Assembly: GCA_051453625.1 (NCBI GenBank)
Contig: JBOZIK010000001.1
Coordinates: forward strand, 1,497,254 to 1,546,462
DNA length: 49,209 nucleotides
Origin: Welwitschia mirabilis
Taxonomy: Eukaryota
Direction of reading: 5' to 3'
Of the stretch, positions 1-12,089 are shown piece after piece (position 1 is the first letter of the stretch; every line of letters begins with the position of its first letter). The translations under genes were made by a program, and so were the position numbers. The notes beneath the pieces were generated by a model that saw only the letters and a program-made list of their open reading frames with translations, searched no databases and was not told the origin of the DNA.

Positions 1-2276
1 CTACATCAAAGACTCTAATAATAAATGTTTTATTTTTAAAATGACATTTCATTATTCCTACTCTTGTGTCAATGATGCAGTGGGTGGTTGCACAAAAGGC
101 TCTACCTAGAAGTAAAGGGTATCCTCCATTGTGCTCTACTTTTATGATAATTACATCTATGGGGTAGGAAGCCTCTTCTATTTGTATTGCCAAATCTTTA
201 ATGACGTCTAATGGTTTCTTAACTGATGTATCTGTTAATTCTAAGACAACCAAAGTAGGCTCTATTCTATCCTACAAACTAAGTCTCTTACAAATATGAA
301 GTGGCATAATATTAACACTTGCTTCAATGTCAATTAAATCTTTTTTAATCTTTTTATTTCACTCCAAAGTAATATTCACTGTGGCTACTCATGGATCTTT
401 AAATTTGGGTGATTTTTATAACACTAAATTTGTGAGGGATTTGGCAAGAAAGACTTTGATAGGGATAACTCATTTATGTTTTCCTTCTTATTAGGTCTTT
501 CCATAATTTTAAGTACCTTGGGTTTCCCTGTAAAACTTTTCAAAAAGGTAAGTTTATACTCACATTTTTCATCAAAGCTTTTAAATAATCATTGAAAGGC
601 GAATTGTTGTTAAGCTTACCCATTCAGGGGGTGGTTTGTTAAGAAGTATTTTTATTTTTCTTTTTGCCAAGAGAAGGGAAGTTGTAATCTTCTAATAACT
701 CAATGACTTCTTCCTCTTCTTCTTCATCATTTCTAAAGTTCTGTTGGGAGGTGAAAGATTCACATGGAGGAGGGTTTGTTTCTTGTTCAATTCTTATCAC
801 AACCTTATAATCTTTTCTTAGTTCATTTAGGTTTGGTAAAAGTTGTATTGCTAAAGTTCCTTAAGGTCTTTGATCTGCCAATATTATTTGTTGAAGGATG
901 TTTACTAAGTTTTCCATGTTGGTATTTCATCTTTCAAAGTTGGTATTTTATCTTTCAAAGTTGGCATTTTGTTTTCTAACTTCATCCACAAGGTTTGTGA
1001 TTGGATCATTTGGATGTTGGTAGTTGGATGAACTTGGTGGATAGTTTGCATTTTTGAATTAGTTTCTAAAAGGTTGAGAATTATTTTGGAAATGAGTGTT
1101 CAACCTAGGTTGTTCTTGATGGAAGTTTTTAGATGGTTGGTTAAAAGTACAAACTTCTTCTTGAATTCTTTCTTTATATGTTGGTAAAAGAGGACAGTTT
1201 TTAGTGATATGATAATTATCTTTACATAAGTCACAAGTTTGCACAACATTTCTTTTGGTGGCAGTTTTAGCATCTAAGATCATTTCCACATCCTTCTTCA
1301 AGGTTGTTATAAAATATTTTATGGGATTTGTAGGATTGGATTCTACGTCTTTTCATTATTTAACCTCTTTTAAATCCTTGATGAGTTGTCCTATCATTTG
1401 ATTTTCTTTAGGTGTTGACTAGGTTTGACTAACCTCTACAAGTTCTTCTAATTTTGTCTAGGCATCTTCTAATGTAAGTTTCATTAGGTTTCCTTTACAA
1501 GAAAAATTTATAAGTTGTTTCATATGGGGATTCAATTCACTATAAAAATGATCTAGTTGTTTTACTCTTAAAAAGGCATCTACTGGATTAGAATGGACTG
1601 CTATAGAGAAACGTTCATAAGTAAAGGCATAATCTTCATTTGGTCTTTGTTGAAAGTTTATTACCTCTTTTTTTCTTTTTCTCATGGTTTCTTCACTCAT
1701 GAATCTCTTTACAAAGGTTTTTCAAACTTGATCCCATGTTTTTAAGCTTTTGTGGGTATAGTTTTTAGCCGAAGTTTTGCCTTATCCTTTAATGTCATGG
1801 AAAAGATTACCATATATGTTCTATCCATTATTTCTTCCCCCATTTCTTGAGGTGAGAATAAGTTGTTTAATGTCTCTAATGTGTTGAAGAGGATCCTCAT
1901 CATATTCTCCACTAAAAGTTGGGTAGGCATGTAAATTTTTAAGTTCGACATCATCTCCTGAGGGTAGGTTAAAAGGTGTTTGAATTTCTCTTTTCATGTT
2001 GGCTAATAATTCTCTTAGGGTAAGGTTTGCATTAGGGGTAAAAGATCCTATAACTTATTTTTGCTTACGAGAGGCACTCAACATTGTAAACTAGTTTTCT
2101 CCTTCTATAGGGTTTTTGTTAAGAAAATCTGACTCAGAAAAAGTAAATTCGGAAGGAGGATTGAGTGGACCTAGAGATTGTTTTTTCAATTCATTTTCCA
2201 TATTCAACAGTCCTTCTTTGATGTTCTTTTCTATTAGCTGCTTTTCTCTCAGATATCTCTTCTCTATGTTGACCAT
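1..2276 (-). pseudogene. Athila-type gag-protease pseudogene
   Basis: ORF fragments 2091-2429, 1742-1954, 1458-1700 (INFQQRPNEDYAFTYERF, retrotrans-gag-like) and 1059-1301 (CDLCKDNYHITKNCP zinc-knuckle-like). Around 430-100 the minus strand reads PKFKDP...DLIDIEASVNIMP...LELTDTSVKKP, matching Athila PKLKDPG...ALCDLGASINLMP...LQLADRS. Many stops and frameshifts. Confidence 0.85.
918..970 (+). repeat. 21-bp tandem repeat (about 2.5 copies) within gag
   Basis: gttggtatttcatctttcaaa / gttggtattttatctttcaaa / gttggcatttt. Confidence 0.85.
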
Positions 2277-2469
2277 ATCAAAGCATCTTATAAATAGCAA
2301 ATAATAGAAAATAGATTGAAAATAATAGATTATTATCCTGTATGTTGTGGAAATGATAAAAGGGATGACACACACAAAAACCAAAAAAATAGAAACAGAA
2401 TTGAAATTAAAACAGAAAGCGGAAAACATAGAAAAAAACAGGACTGTTATCCACCTATTCGTTCGGATG

Positions 2470-3215
2470 TTATAGCCTGGATGACACTGATATGTAACTG
2501 ACTTTGACAGTGATCTATAACCATTTCATTTATTTCTAAGTTGTAAATGAGTGTGCCTTTCTACACCTACTGTTTGTCCTTTTTGCACCTCCCATTTGTC
2601 CTTTTCTATTGTATTTTCTTATAAATAATTCCCCCTTCAACTCTCTTTCTCATCTTTATTGCATCAAAAAATCTCGTAATAGGATGTCAAAGGGTAGGAG
2701 ATTCATTTGGGTGTGTTGCAAAAGACGTGCACTTGGTAGAGGGCTGTGTATCCTCCATTGAGATCTAGTTGTTTTGTAATCCAAATTTTATTACTCTTTT
2801 AATATAAAACTTGGTTTTATTTTCATGTTTACATCTTAAGTTTTCTAATTACCCTTATGATTTATAATTGTTCTTAATTTGGTAACAATTTCTTAGATGA
2901 TATAGATCATCAAGAGTAGCCTTTATTAAAGCTAAAAGTAAGTAGAGTTAGGGTTATTTTTGCATTGCATATTAGTTTAAATTGCGTCTTGCATCTTGTA
3001 TTACATATTTATTTCCTTACATTATTATTTAGTTTTAATTTCTAGTTTTATTTGCAAAGCAACCTGAGTCTCATACTCATAGACTTCAACGTGGATACGA
3101 CATTTTGGGTTAACTCCCACTATACTAGTGTGATGTATTATGTAAGATATCTATTTTGGTTATAAATTACAAAATCTCTTTAAATTTAAAAGCTTGCACA
3201 AATACACACACAACA
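2470..3215 (+). repeat. Athila LTR copy (part of U3, R, U5) in opposite orientation to its host element
   Basis: 2860-3215 is the diverged reverse complement of 3698-4054. It ends in ...caaca followed by a PBS, and has a TATA-like tataaata near 2620. Confidence 0.85.
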
Positions 3216-3218
3216 AAT

Positions 3219-3263
3219 TAGTTTCATTGCCGGGGATTGAACCCGGGTCGCTCGTGTGACAAG
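3219..3263 (-). tRNA. tRNA-Asp(GTC) 3'-half relic, i.e. an over-extended PBS; not a functional tRNA gene
   Basis: Minus strand reads cttgtcacacgagcgacccgggttcaatccccggcaatgaaacta: GTC anticodon, variable loop, intact T-arm/B-box and a decayed CCA (cta). About 35/45 identity to the plant tRNA-Asp sequence as I recall it. The 5' half is absent. Confidence 0.85.
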
Positions 3264-3396
3264 GGGACTTATTTATAAGAACATACAATAGAAAAGGACA
3301 AATAGTAGGTGTAAAAAGGCATGCTCATTTACAATCCAAAAACAAATGAAATGGTTATGAGTTGCTATCAGAATTGGTTACATGTCAATGTTGTCC
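3261..3396 (-). repeat. Inverted repeat arm; reverse complement of 2479-2637 (LTR U3 segment)
   Basis: aaggggacttatttataagaacatacaatagaaaaggacaaat pairs with atttgtccttttctattgtattttcttataaataattccccctt. Homology continues to ggttacatgtcaatgttgtcc / ggatgacactgatatgtaact. Confidence 0.9.
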
Positions 3397-3676
3397 CTTA
3401 TCTAGACGTCATAGGAGACAATAGAAACTATTTTATTTTAAAAAAATTGCAATTCAAAAATAAAATCAAAAACAAAAATAGAACACTGTCATCTTGATTG
3501 TTGTGAGAACGACAGAGGTGATGACCATACTTTTTTAATAGAAAATTGAAACTAAAAAACTACACATAGAAAACCTATATATCCTAATAAAATATAATGT
3601 CACACAGACAAATAATCGAACAGAGGTTCAATATACTTATCCAAATGATAACAACCCTTATACTCCTTAATATCCT

Positions 3677-3694
3677 TCCTTAGTAATGGTGCTA
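3677..3694 (-). promoter_or_regulatory. Primer binding site (tRNA-Asp type), decayed
   Basis: Minus strand tagcaccattactaagga vs Athila consensus tggcgccgttgccgggga; the differences are G>A/C>T. It lies 3 nt from the LTR end. Confidence 0.75.
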
Positions 3695-3697
3695 ATT

Positions 3698-4054
3698 TAT
3701 TGTGGTGTGTATTTGTACAAGCTTTTACATTCAAAGAGATCCTGTCATTTATAAACAAAATAGATATTTTACCCAATACATCACACTAGTATAGTGGGAG
3801 TTAACCCGAAATATTGTATTCACATTAAAGTCCATGAGTATGAGACTCGGGTTACTTTGTAAATGAAACTAGGAACTAAAAATAAATAATAATATAAGGA
3901 AATAAAGATACAATTCAAGATGCAAGATGCAATCTAAACTAACATGCAATGCAAAAATAACCCTAACTCTACTTGCTTTCAACCTTAACAAAGGCTACCT
4001 TTGATGATCTGTATCACCTAAGAAATTATTATCAAATCACGGGTAATTATAAAC
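3698..4054 (-). repeat. 5' LTR (U5 end) of the minus-strand Athila element; continues into the assembly gap
   Basis: Adjacent to the PBS and homologous to 2860-3215. Confidence 0.8.
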
Positions 4055-5079
4055 NNNNNNNNNNNNNNNNNNNNNNNNNNNNNNNNNNNNNNNNNNNNNN
4101 NNNNNNNNNNNNNNNNNNNNNNNNNNNNNNNNNNNNNNNNNNNNNNNNNNNNNNNNNNNNNNNNNNNNNNNNNNNNNNNNNNNNNNNNNNNNNNNNNNNN
4201 NNNNNNNNNNNNNNNNNNNNNNNNNNNNNNNNNNNNNNNNNNNNNNNNNNNNNNNNNNNNNNNNNNNNNNNNNNNNNNNNNNNNNNNNNNNNNNNNNNNN
4301 NNNNNNNNNNNNNNNNNNNNNNNNNNNNNNNNNNNNNNNNNNNNNNNNNNNNNNNNNNNNNNNNNNNNNNNNNNNNNNNNNNNNNNNNNNNNNNNNNNNN
4401 NNNNNNNNNNNNNNNNNNNNNNNNNNNNNNNNNNNNNNNNNNNNNNNNNNNNNNNNNNNNNNNNNNNNNNNNNNNNNNNNNNNNNNNNNNNNNNNNNNNN
4501 NNNNNNNNNNNNNNNNNNNNNNNNNNNNNNNNNNNNNNNNNNNNNNNNNNNNNNNNNNNNNNNNNNNNNNNNNNNNNNNNNNNNNNNNNNNNNNNNNNNN
4601 NNNNNNNNNNNNNNNNNNNNNNNNNNNNNNNNNNNNNNNNNNNNNNNNNNNNNNNNNNNNNNNNNNNNNNNNNNNNNNNNNNNNNNNNNNNNNNNNNNNN
4701 NNNNNNNNNNNNNNNNNNNNNNNNNNNNNNNNNNNNNNNNNNNNNNNNNNNNNNNNNNNNNNNNNNNNNNNNNNNNNNNNNNNNNNNNNNNNNNNNNNNN
4801 NNNNNNNNNNNNNNNNNNNNNNNNNNNNNNNNNNNNNNNNNNNNNNNNNNNAACTGCACCTAAACATATATAAAAGTCCTACAAAAACAACTTATAAAAC
4901 CCCATCAAATAATCGTAAATTGACATCACAACAAAGACCAAAATAAGGAAGATACCACACTTGCGAAAACCAAAAAAAGAAAAAGAAAATGCGAAAAGAA
5001 AATGAAAATTCCATACCAACTTATAGTTAATCTTTACTATTTTCATAATTTAGAAAAAATAGCTAGAAAATAGCTATAA

Positions 5080-5650
5080 GACTTGAAAATTTTTCAAGAA
5101 GTTAAAATTAACATTCTGCTTTAGAATACATCAAATAACTGCCCTCTTATAAAAAATTTCTTAAAGATACGTGCATTGTAAAGAGATAAATGAATATCAA
5201 AAGTAAGGCTTCTCTAACTCAATTGCCTGATGATAGCCATTACAATTGGTGATAAGCACTTTAGTTAAGCCTTGATAGACCTTCAAGAAAGCGTTAATAT
5301 TTTACCCTATGGTTTTTACAAGGAACTTGGCTTAAATGACCTTAAATAAGTCAAAATATAATTGAAATTGACTAATAATTCCTTAAATCATTAGTTAAAA
5401 GAGTAGAAGATGTTATAATTAAGGTAGATAGTTTCTATTTCCTAGTAGACTTTATAGTTTTGAAAATGGAGTTAATGAAATATAATTTACTTTTCTTTAT
5501 TTAAGGAATATATTTCTTTGCTATGTCCAATGATGTTATGAATTGTAGGAATGGTCTTATGAAAATATGGTTTAGCAATATGATTAAGGATTTAAATATT
5601 TTTGATGTTATAAAATTACCAAGGGACATTAATGAAGTTGATTTTGTTAA
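5080..5650 (+). pseudogene. Athila gag C-terminus / aspartic protease relic
   Basis: LKIFQEVKINI...LPSYKKFLKDTCIVKR; ITIGDKHFS*ALIDLQESVNILPY...VEDVIIKVDSFYFLVDFIVL...NCRNGLMKI. Confidence 0.85.
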
Positions 5651-7449
5651 TAAAATTTATAGTCCTGGCTCTTATCCTCATGAATAAAATGTTTCTTCTT
5701 CTCATTTATTTATGGAATCTAATTTAAATTTTGATTGTGGAAATGACCCTACTGCTACTTTGGAGTTATGCTTTTAGGAATTGTTGAAAAAACACAAGAA
5801 AGCATAAGTTATAAGATATCTAATTTTGAACATTTAGATCCTAATGTTTGCACCCCCATGTTTTGTTTAAATTTTTGAATTCATGTGTGAAGTCTACCCA
5901 TATTTTTTCTCCTATGCCATTGTTTGATCCACATTCTCATGACATTTCTAAGTCTTTTCCCTTACATTTTAATAAAAATTAGTCAAGTTAATTTACAATT
6001 AAAAAAACTACCTAAGAATGTTTTTGTCATAGATGTCTTAAGCATTATTATTTATTCAACTATTTTCTTAAGCTCTTTCATTCATCCATTCCACTTCCAA
6101 ACCATACCATTAAACATATAAATTGTTCATTCCTTCCATACAAGTATGAGTTTATAAGACTTAATCATCCTAGTTGATGAATTTTAATAATTAGCCCACA
6201 TTGTAAGGTGTTTTTTCCTTCATTGCAAGTTTTGGTTGAGACTGAGTGCACTTGTATATTTTGAGAGAAAGATGTGCTGATTTTGAGTTCTTTTATTAGG
6301 GTTAACTTCACTTGAGATCTTTAATTTTGAAAAAGTCAATGGTTAAAAAGGTGGAATACACTTTCATGCTATACATCTTTAGTTTCAAGGATTCATGGTG
6401 ATAATATTATTTATGAATGAGCAAATGACCCCTTTTATGTGTACTTAAAAAAAAAGGTACATGAGAAGTAGAATCAAAAAACAAATATATATATGATCTC
6501 TTCTGTAAAAGCACATTTTTTTTAATTAGTTTTACTAGGTTTAGTTAACTACATCAGGATTATGGACACTCATTGATAATGTAGCTTTAATAATGTATTT
6601 ATGTTATGTTCAACTACACTAGGGCTATAGATGCTTGTTGGAAATGCAACACTAAGTTATTCAAGAACAACATGCTTAACTTTGTTAAAAGAAAGGTTCC
6701 ATAACATTATATGTTCAATAAGATCAAAATGCTTTTAAAAAAAGATACTTATAGATATAGAAGGGAAAGTGAAATGAAAATTAAGGTAAGAATTAGAGAC
6801 GTCCTGTGTTTCTCTTTCTTGAACAATTGTATTGAGATTTGCTTACTACTCTTGAAATTTCAAAAGTTTACTTAGTTAATAACTTACTTGTTTGACATTG
6901 AGATTAATTAAAGAGAATTAAAAAATTACAAAAATTAAAATAAAATAAGGCCATTATTTTAGGTGAATTATCTCTTTTATTTATAGGTTACATGGTTGAG
7001 CTTTATTTATATTACCATTTTTTGCTTTATGCTTACTAACATTACCATTTTCACTTCGTCCCCATTCTAAATCAAGCTTGAGTTGTTATTAAGAAGAGAT
7101 TAGTTAAAATACAGAGATAGTAATTTTTCTTTATCTATTTTTTTTCCCTTTGCATTTTTTACCCCTTTCAAATAAAACGACATGTAATGAAGAATTTTCC
7201 TTTTAAGGTTATATCAACGTTTGCATTTAATTATTTCTATAATTTCACAGTTTGAGGACAAAATGAAACTTTGGTTTGAGGTTATGTCATTTGCATTTTT
7301 GATTTTAATGGCTTATTTTCCAAAAATTAGCCAAAATTTTCAAGTTTGTTGTTCTTATACTTGAATGTTTTCCTTAGAAATTTTTTCATGTTAGTCATTT
7401 TTTATCATGCTTTTTACTAAGGGACTAGTTAAAGTCTGGTTGAGGGTTG

Positions 7450-8450
7450 TGATAACATGTAAAAATTGTCATTTATATCAAGTATATCAAACTAATTTAG
7501 CATAGATGAAAATATTAATTTAACATTTTTACTATAAAAACATGTTTTTCCTTACTTTTTATGCCATATGTAAATTTATGCTTTTATTCATAATTATTTT
7601 ATGTTTTTAAACATGCTTTGAAACATAGGTCTAAGGATGAATCCTACTCTGCACAAAATGATGGCTGCACTGGAGACATGTGGCAGTGGCACCACATGGT
7701 GGAAAATCTTGCTTCAAAGTTCATGTGTTAGACTCTTCATGACAATCCCCAACAGATGCTTTAAGATGAAGATTCCACCTACTCTACCAAAAGCTATAAG
7801 ACGACGATTCTAATTACTCCACTAAATGAGAATCTCAGCCATCCCACTTAACACAAAAGGACAAGGAACTCCAACTATTATAACCCTAGCATTCATCATA
7901 AAAAGAGCTAGGCAACCCACTTTATAAATCATCACTCGATGATAGGACTTACCCTTGGAGAAAAAGAGCCTTCTAGCATGTCATTCTAAGTTCTTACTTG
8001 GGAACAAACTAGCCTTAAGGCTAGATTAATGTTTTATAATCAATCTTTAGATTTCTTTTAAAACTGTATTGCAATTTCTATATTGATAATAAATGATAGC
8101 AGTGTGTGTTTCTTAATTGTAAGTTATGAGTAATTTCATACTTTTAATACTTGATTGAAGCTACAATAGTATCAAGTTACTTATATTCATGTGCAAGTCT
8201 TTCTTGTTCATATTTTAAATTTTCTTGATGGTTTTTGGGTTTTTACCCTTACTTATCATGCTTGCAATTAAACTGTGATAGACCAAAGTTACAAAGAGAT
8301 CTTACCACTACTCGTGTGGTGAATGAGATTATGTTAACATTATCTGATCCATAAAAAACTTGGTGTTTTTAAGATTTAAACTAAAAATTTGCATTATATC
8401 TTTAAATAAAATATTTTTTATTGGAATATTTAAGTTAGTTATTTAAGTGC
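7450..8450 (+). repeat. Athila-like LTR (family B); end not resolved
   Basis: Starts with TG right after the PPT. The first about 150 nt are homologous to the LTR starts at 14454 and 38212. Confidence 0.65.
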
Positions 8451-8599
8451 TAAGTCTATTTTATGTGCTAAGTCTATTTCCATACTCTCGCTTATTGAAA
8501 TCCCTTTAATTAGTTTCTCAATTCACTTTGTTACTTAAATCTACTTGTAGTTCTGTGTTGTGTTGATTTCACTATTTTCCTATTGAGATTTAGCTTATG

Positions 8600-11370
8600 G
8601 AAGAATGACTTTGAGATTCTTCTATAATGAAAGTTCTAAATACTAAGGGTAAAATTTGGACTCAATTGCATATAATCGTGTGTTGTTAGGATGGTCTTGC
8701 CTTCATTTTTCTTTAGCAGAAGATAACTAAGTTATACTACAAACAAATGGGCATTAGATTTTATCCTTTATTTCATGTTATTTTCCTTAATGTAAAGCAT
8801 GTATAATGGGTAAACAAGCATAACAATGTTTTTCTTCTAGTGAGTGAAACCTTGATCAAAATCTTCTATTCATTCAAAGTTTTTTTGTAGTCTTATGCCA
8901 GTTTCCACATTGTAAGGCTATCGTTACTTCATATCATTTATAGATGACGTTTTGTCTATGTATTAGGTGTAATTTATGGAATTAAAATCTCTTTCTTTGA
9001 ATATTTTCAATAATTTTTTAAGTAAAAATAGAAAATAAAACTAGTAACATGATTAAGGATTTTCATTTTGACAATGGTGGTGAATACATCTTAACTAACT
9101 TCAAGGACTATCTTGCTCCAAAAGGCATTCATCATGTAAAAGAATACCTAGGAATACCTTAACATAATAACATACTTGAATGATTTAATTAAACCATCAT
9201 GGATATGAGAAATTTAATGATGTACTTTTATGGATATAAGTTTTGCTTATGGGGTAAAGGTATTAGTACCATGATCTATGTCAATAATCATAGTAGCCAT
9301 GCTTCTAAAAAGGGTGTATTCTATACTTAAAAATTGAATGTATATAAGCCTCCTTTAAACTCTCTTCAAGTGTTTAGATGTAAGCGTTATGCCTATATTC
9401 CTATCAAGCATCATGTCAAGCTTTGTGTACATGCTCATTTTGGCATTTTTGTGGAATATTTAATCAACCAGAAAGGATATCACATGTACATTATTGAGCA
9501 TTATAAGATCATTACCTCTCATAATATCACCTTTTTTGAAACTTTACATAATATTTCTTAGCTTAATCTTTGTAAGCTATGTCCTTCCTTTCATCTTGTG
9601 AAAATGTTGAATGCTTAATGTTCTATATTTGAGATGGGGGATGGACTCATGAGTTTAACTTTTTTAATTCCTTTTAGCTAAAATGGTTTATTCATAATAC
9701 AACCTATATGATTGATCATTTTATGTGCATAACACACAAACATAGTTCTAGTAGAAACTCATTGGATTATCCTAATGAGAATGATGATCTCTTCTAAAGA
9801 TGAAAATAAAATACCTCGTTAGAATCTACTCTATGAGATGTTCATGACAATGAAAAGGAAACTCCTAGAACTAAACAAAGATTTCATGCATCTCTTGAGA
9901 TGATGATGGGTTTTATCTAATGTTTGATGGTGAACCAATCTTTTTCAAAGACACCATTTTGGATGGTTACTAGATCGAAGTAATGAAAGAAGAATATAAC
10001 ATACTTGTGAAAAATGATACATAGAAGTTTCTTGGTCTTTCATTAGGTCATACTACATTATCTAACAAATACATTTTTTGTAACAAGTACATAGTGGATA
10101 ATACCCTTGAATGACATTAAGCTTAGCTTTTTACTGTAGTCCTACATTAAAGAAAAGGACTAGAGTATAACAAAGTCTTTGCAATGATAGCTTCATGTGC
10201 TATCATCAAAATTATAATTGCCTTACTAGCTTAGAAAGAATAAAAAATGCACTAGTTAGATATTAAAATTGTCTTACTCAATGGAGATCTTAAAAAAATT
10301 TATATATAATGCAACATAAGGGTTTTAAAATTAAAAATAAGAAACCAAAAGTGTATAGACTAAGTAAGTCACTGAATGGACTATACAAAACTTATTAGTT
10401 ACTTGAGTACCATTTGTATGTGACTATTAGGATGTAAATGCCACACTATTCATGAAATCTAATGGAAACAAATCTACATATCTCATGATTGTTATCAATG
10501 ACATGTTGATAAATCATAGTAATGAAGTGGATGTGAGCCATATAACAATTACTTTAAGTGAAGCATTTAAAATTTCTGATCTAGGATAAGCTATATTATA
10601 CCTCAGTGTAAATATTGAGCATAGAAAGAATGAAATCTTCTTAACTTAAAGAAGGTACATTGGAGACTTGATTTAGAATTTTAAATTAGACAATGATAAA
10701 GAATCTGTTAAACCTTTAAAACAAAATACAAGAATTGGTGCTAATGAATAATTAAAATCAATAAATAAAATCAAATACAAAATAATAGTTAATAGCCTCA
10801 TTTATATTATCAATACTAGACCTAATATCTCATATGTGATTGGTGTCTTATATAGATATCTTCATGCATGAAAGATTAGAAATCTGAATGTTGCTGTGAG
10901 AGTACTGAGATACTTAAAGAAGATTAAAAGACTAATTATTACATGTAAGAAAAAATTTAAGTTTATCCTAAAGGAATACTCTCACTTATACTTTATTGGA
11001 AACTCAAAAAATTCCTTATCAACATCAAGGTATATTATGTTTTTAAAAGCATCATCTTTATCTTAGTGATCTAGGTGTCAGAGAGTAATAACTTAATTCC
11101 CTATAGAAGTGGAATATATAACTACATCCAAAGAAGATAGAAAAATTGAATGGTTAGGAAAACTTTTGGAAGTAGTGAACTTGTAGGAAAGAAAAGCAAT
11201 TAAGTCTTCATCGATAATCAATCTACTATTTGCATAGCAAAAAATCAAGTGCACCATAATCTACTAGTAAGTTATCTAATCATAGAACAAACAATAAATA
11301 TTTTGAATAAACAAGTTGATCAAGAAAAGTTTTAGTACTTTTAATCCAATATAGGATTAACCTTGATTTA
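8600..11370 (+). pseudogene. Ty1/copia pol relic (GAG-pre-integrase, integrase, RT, RNase H), 5'-truncated
   Basis: CKACIMGKQ (about 8791), YRYFISFIDD, DNGGEY (9070), ORF 9334-9561 (VFRCKRYAYIP...KGYHMY), RT DIKIVLLNGDL (10259), decayed YVDD (VINDMLI), TRPNISY and RNase H region. The INT-RT-RH order is diagnostic of copia. Confidence 0.9.
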
Positions 11371-12050
11371 ATGAAACTCATTTTATTATAGCTATCAATA
11401 TTTATTTAATTTTTACAGTTATTGAGAAAATCCTTTCTTACACCTAGTACTACGGTATGTGTAGCATAATGTTTTCTAATACTATGCAATGTGTAATATA
11501 ATCTTGCCTAGAATTATGGGATGTGAAATGAATAAATCCTATGTTTATGCTATGTGCAGAAAGATCTAACTACTTATTTATGAAGTATTTTTCTCATATG
11601 AAAAATCCTTTTTAGGAGGTTTTATTATAAGCTGTATTCCTAAGGTTTTTCTTTGCAAAATCTCATATCCTTAGAATAAATCATATTCCCATGTTGAGGA
11701 GGGAATTTCTAGGGAACTAGTTAGTTGCATCATCATACTAAACTTAAGGAAAATAAAAATCCTAGTGGAAACCTAGTTAGGTATGCTTACTTATATAAGT
11801 AAACTCTATCATTTAAAATAGAAAGAAAAAATAAGATCTGATTTTGAAATTATTTCTCTTGCTTACTCATGATTGTGCTTATTCTATAGTTTCCTATAAT
11901 TATAAGTGCTACTGATCATTTTGGTCTTAAGTATCTTATGGATAAATAAGATTCAAAAAGTAGTCTTATTAGATGGATTTTATTGTTACTTATTTTATAC
12001 TATTTAATCTTCTCCTCCTTCTTTAGAGTGTTTATCTTTTGATGATAATT
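11370..12050 (+). repeat. 3' non-coding/LTR region of the copia element
   Basis: 11580-11810 is homologous to the reverse complement of 26750-26950 (e.g. catattcccatgttgag). Purine tract gaggagggaa at about 11697. Confidence 0.55.
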
Positions 12051-12089
12051 TAGCTGACAAGTATCTTTTAGATTTATGAGAGAAATCTT

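Larger units (their letters stand above)
1..4054 (-). mobile_element. Athila-clade Ty3/gypsy LTR retrotransposon, 5' portion (LTR, PBS, UTR, gag, protease), degenerate; runs off the window start
   Basis: Minus-strand order is LTR end (3698), tRNA-Asp-type PBS (3677-3694), T-rich UTR, gag-like ORF fragments, then aspartic protease region. Confidence 0.85.
5060..8450 (+). mobile_element. Athila-like non-autonomous element fragment (gag C-terminus, protease, long 3' non-coding region, PPT, 3' LTR)
   Basis: Protease relic, then about 1.8 kb of non-coding DNA homologous to 36560-38210, a PPT-like ttgagggttg and an LTR start tgataacatgtaaaaa at 7450. The right boundary is approximate. Confidence 0.7.

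Noticed and set aside
3219-3290. Functional tRNA-Asp gene
   Set aside because: The 5' half (acceptor 5' strand, D-arm, A-box) is missing, the anticodon stem does not pair, and the position 3 nt after an LTR end with a CCA-like terminus marks it as primer-derived.
3973-4867. Long ORFs of 190-380 aa in the ORF track (also at 25.1-26.4, 30, 33, 35, 45 and 47.6 kb)
   Set aside because: They are artefacts of N runs and consist almost entirely of X.
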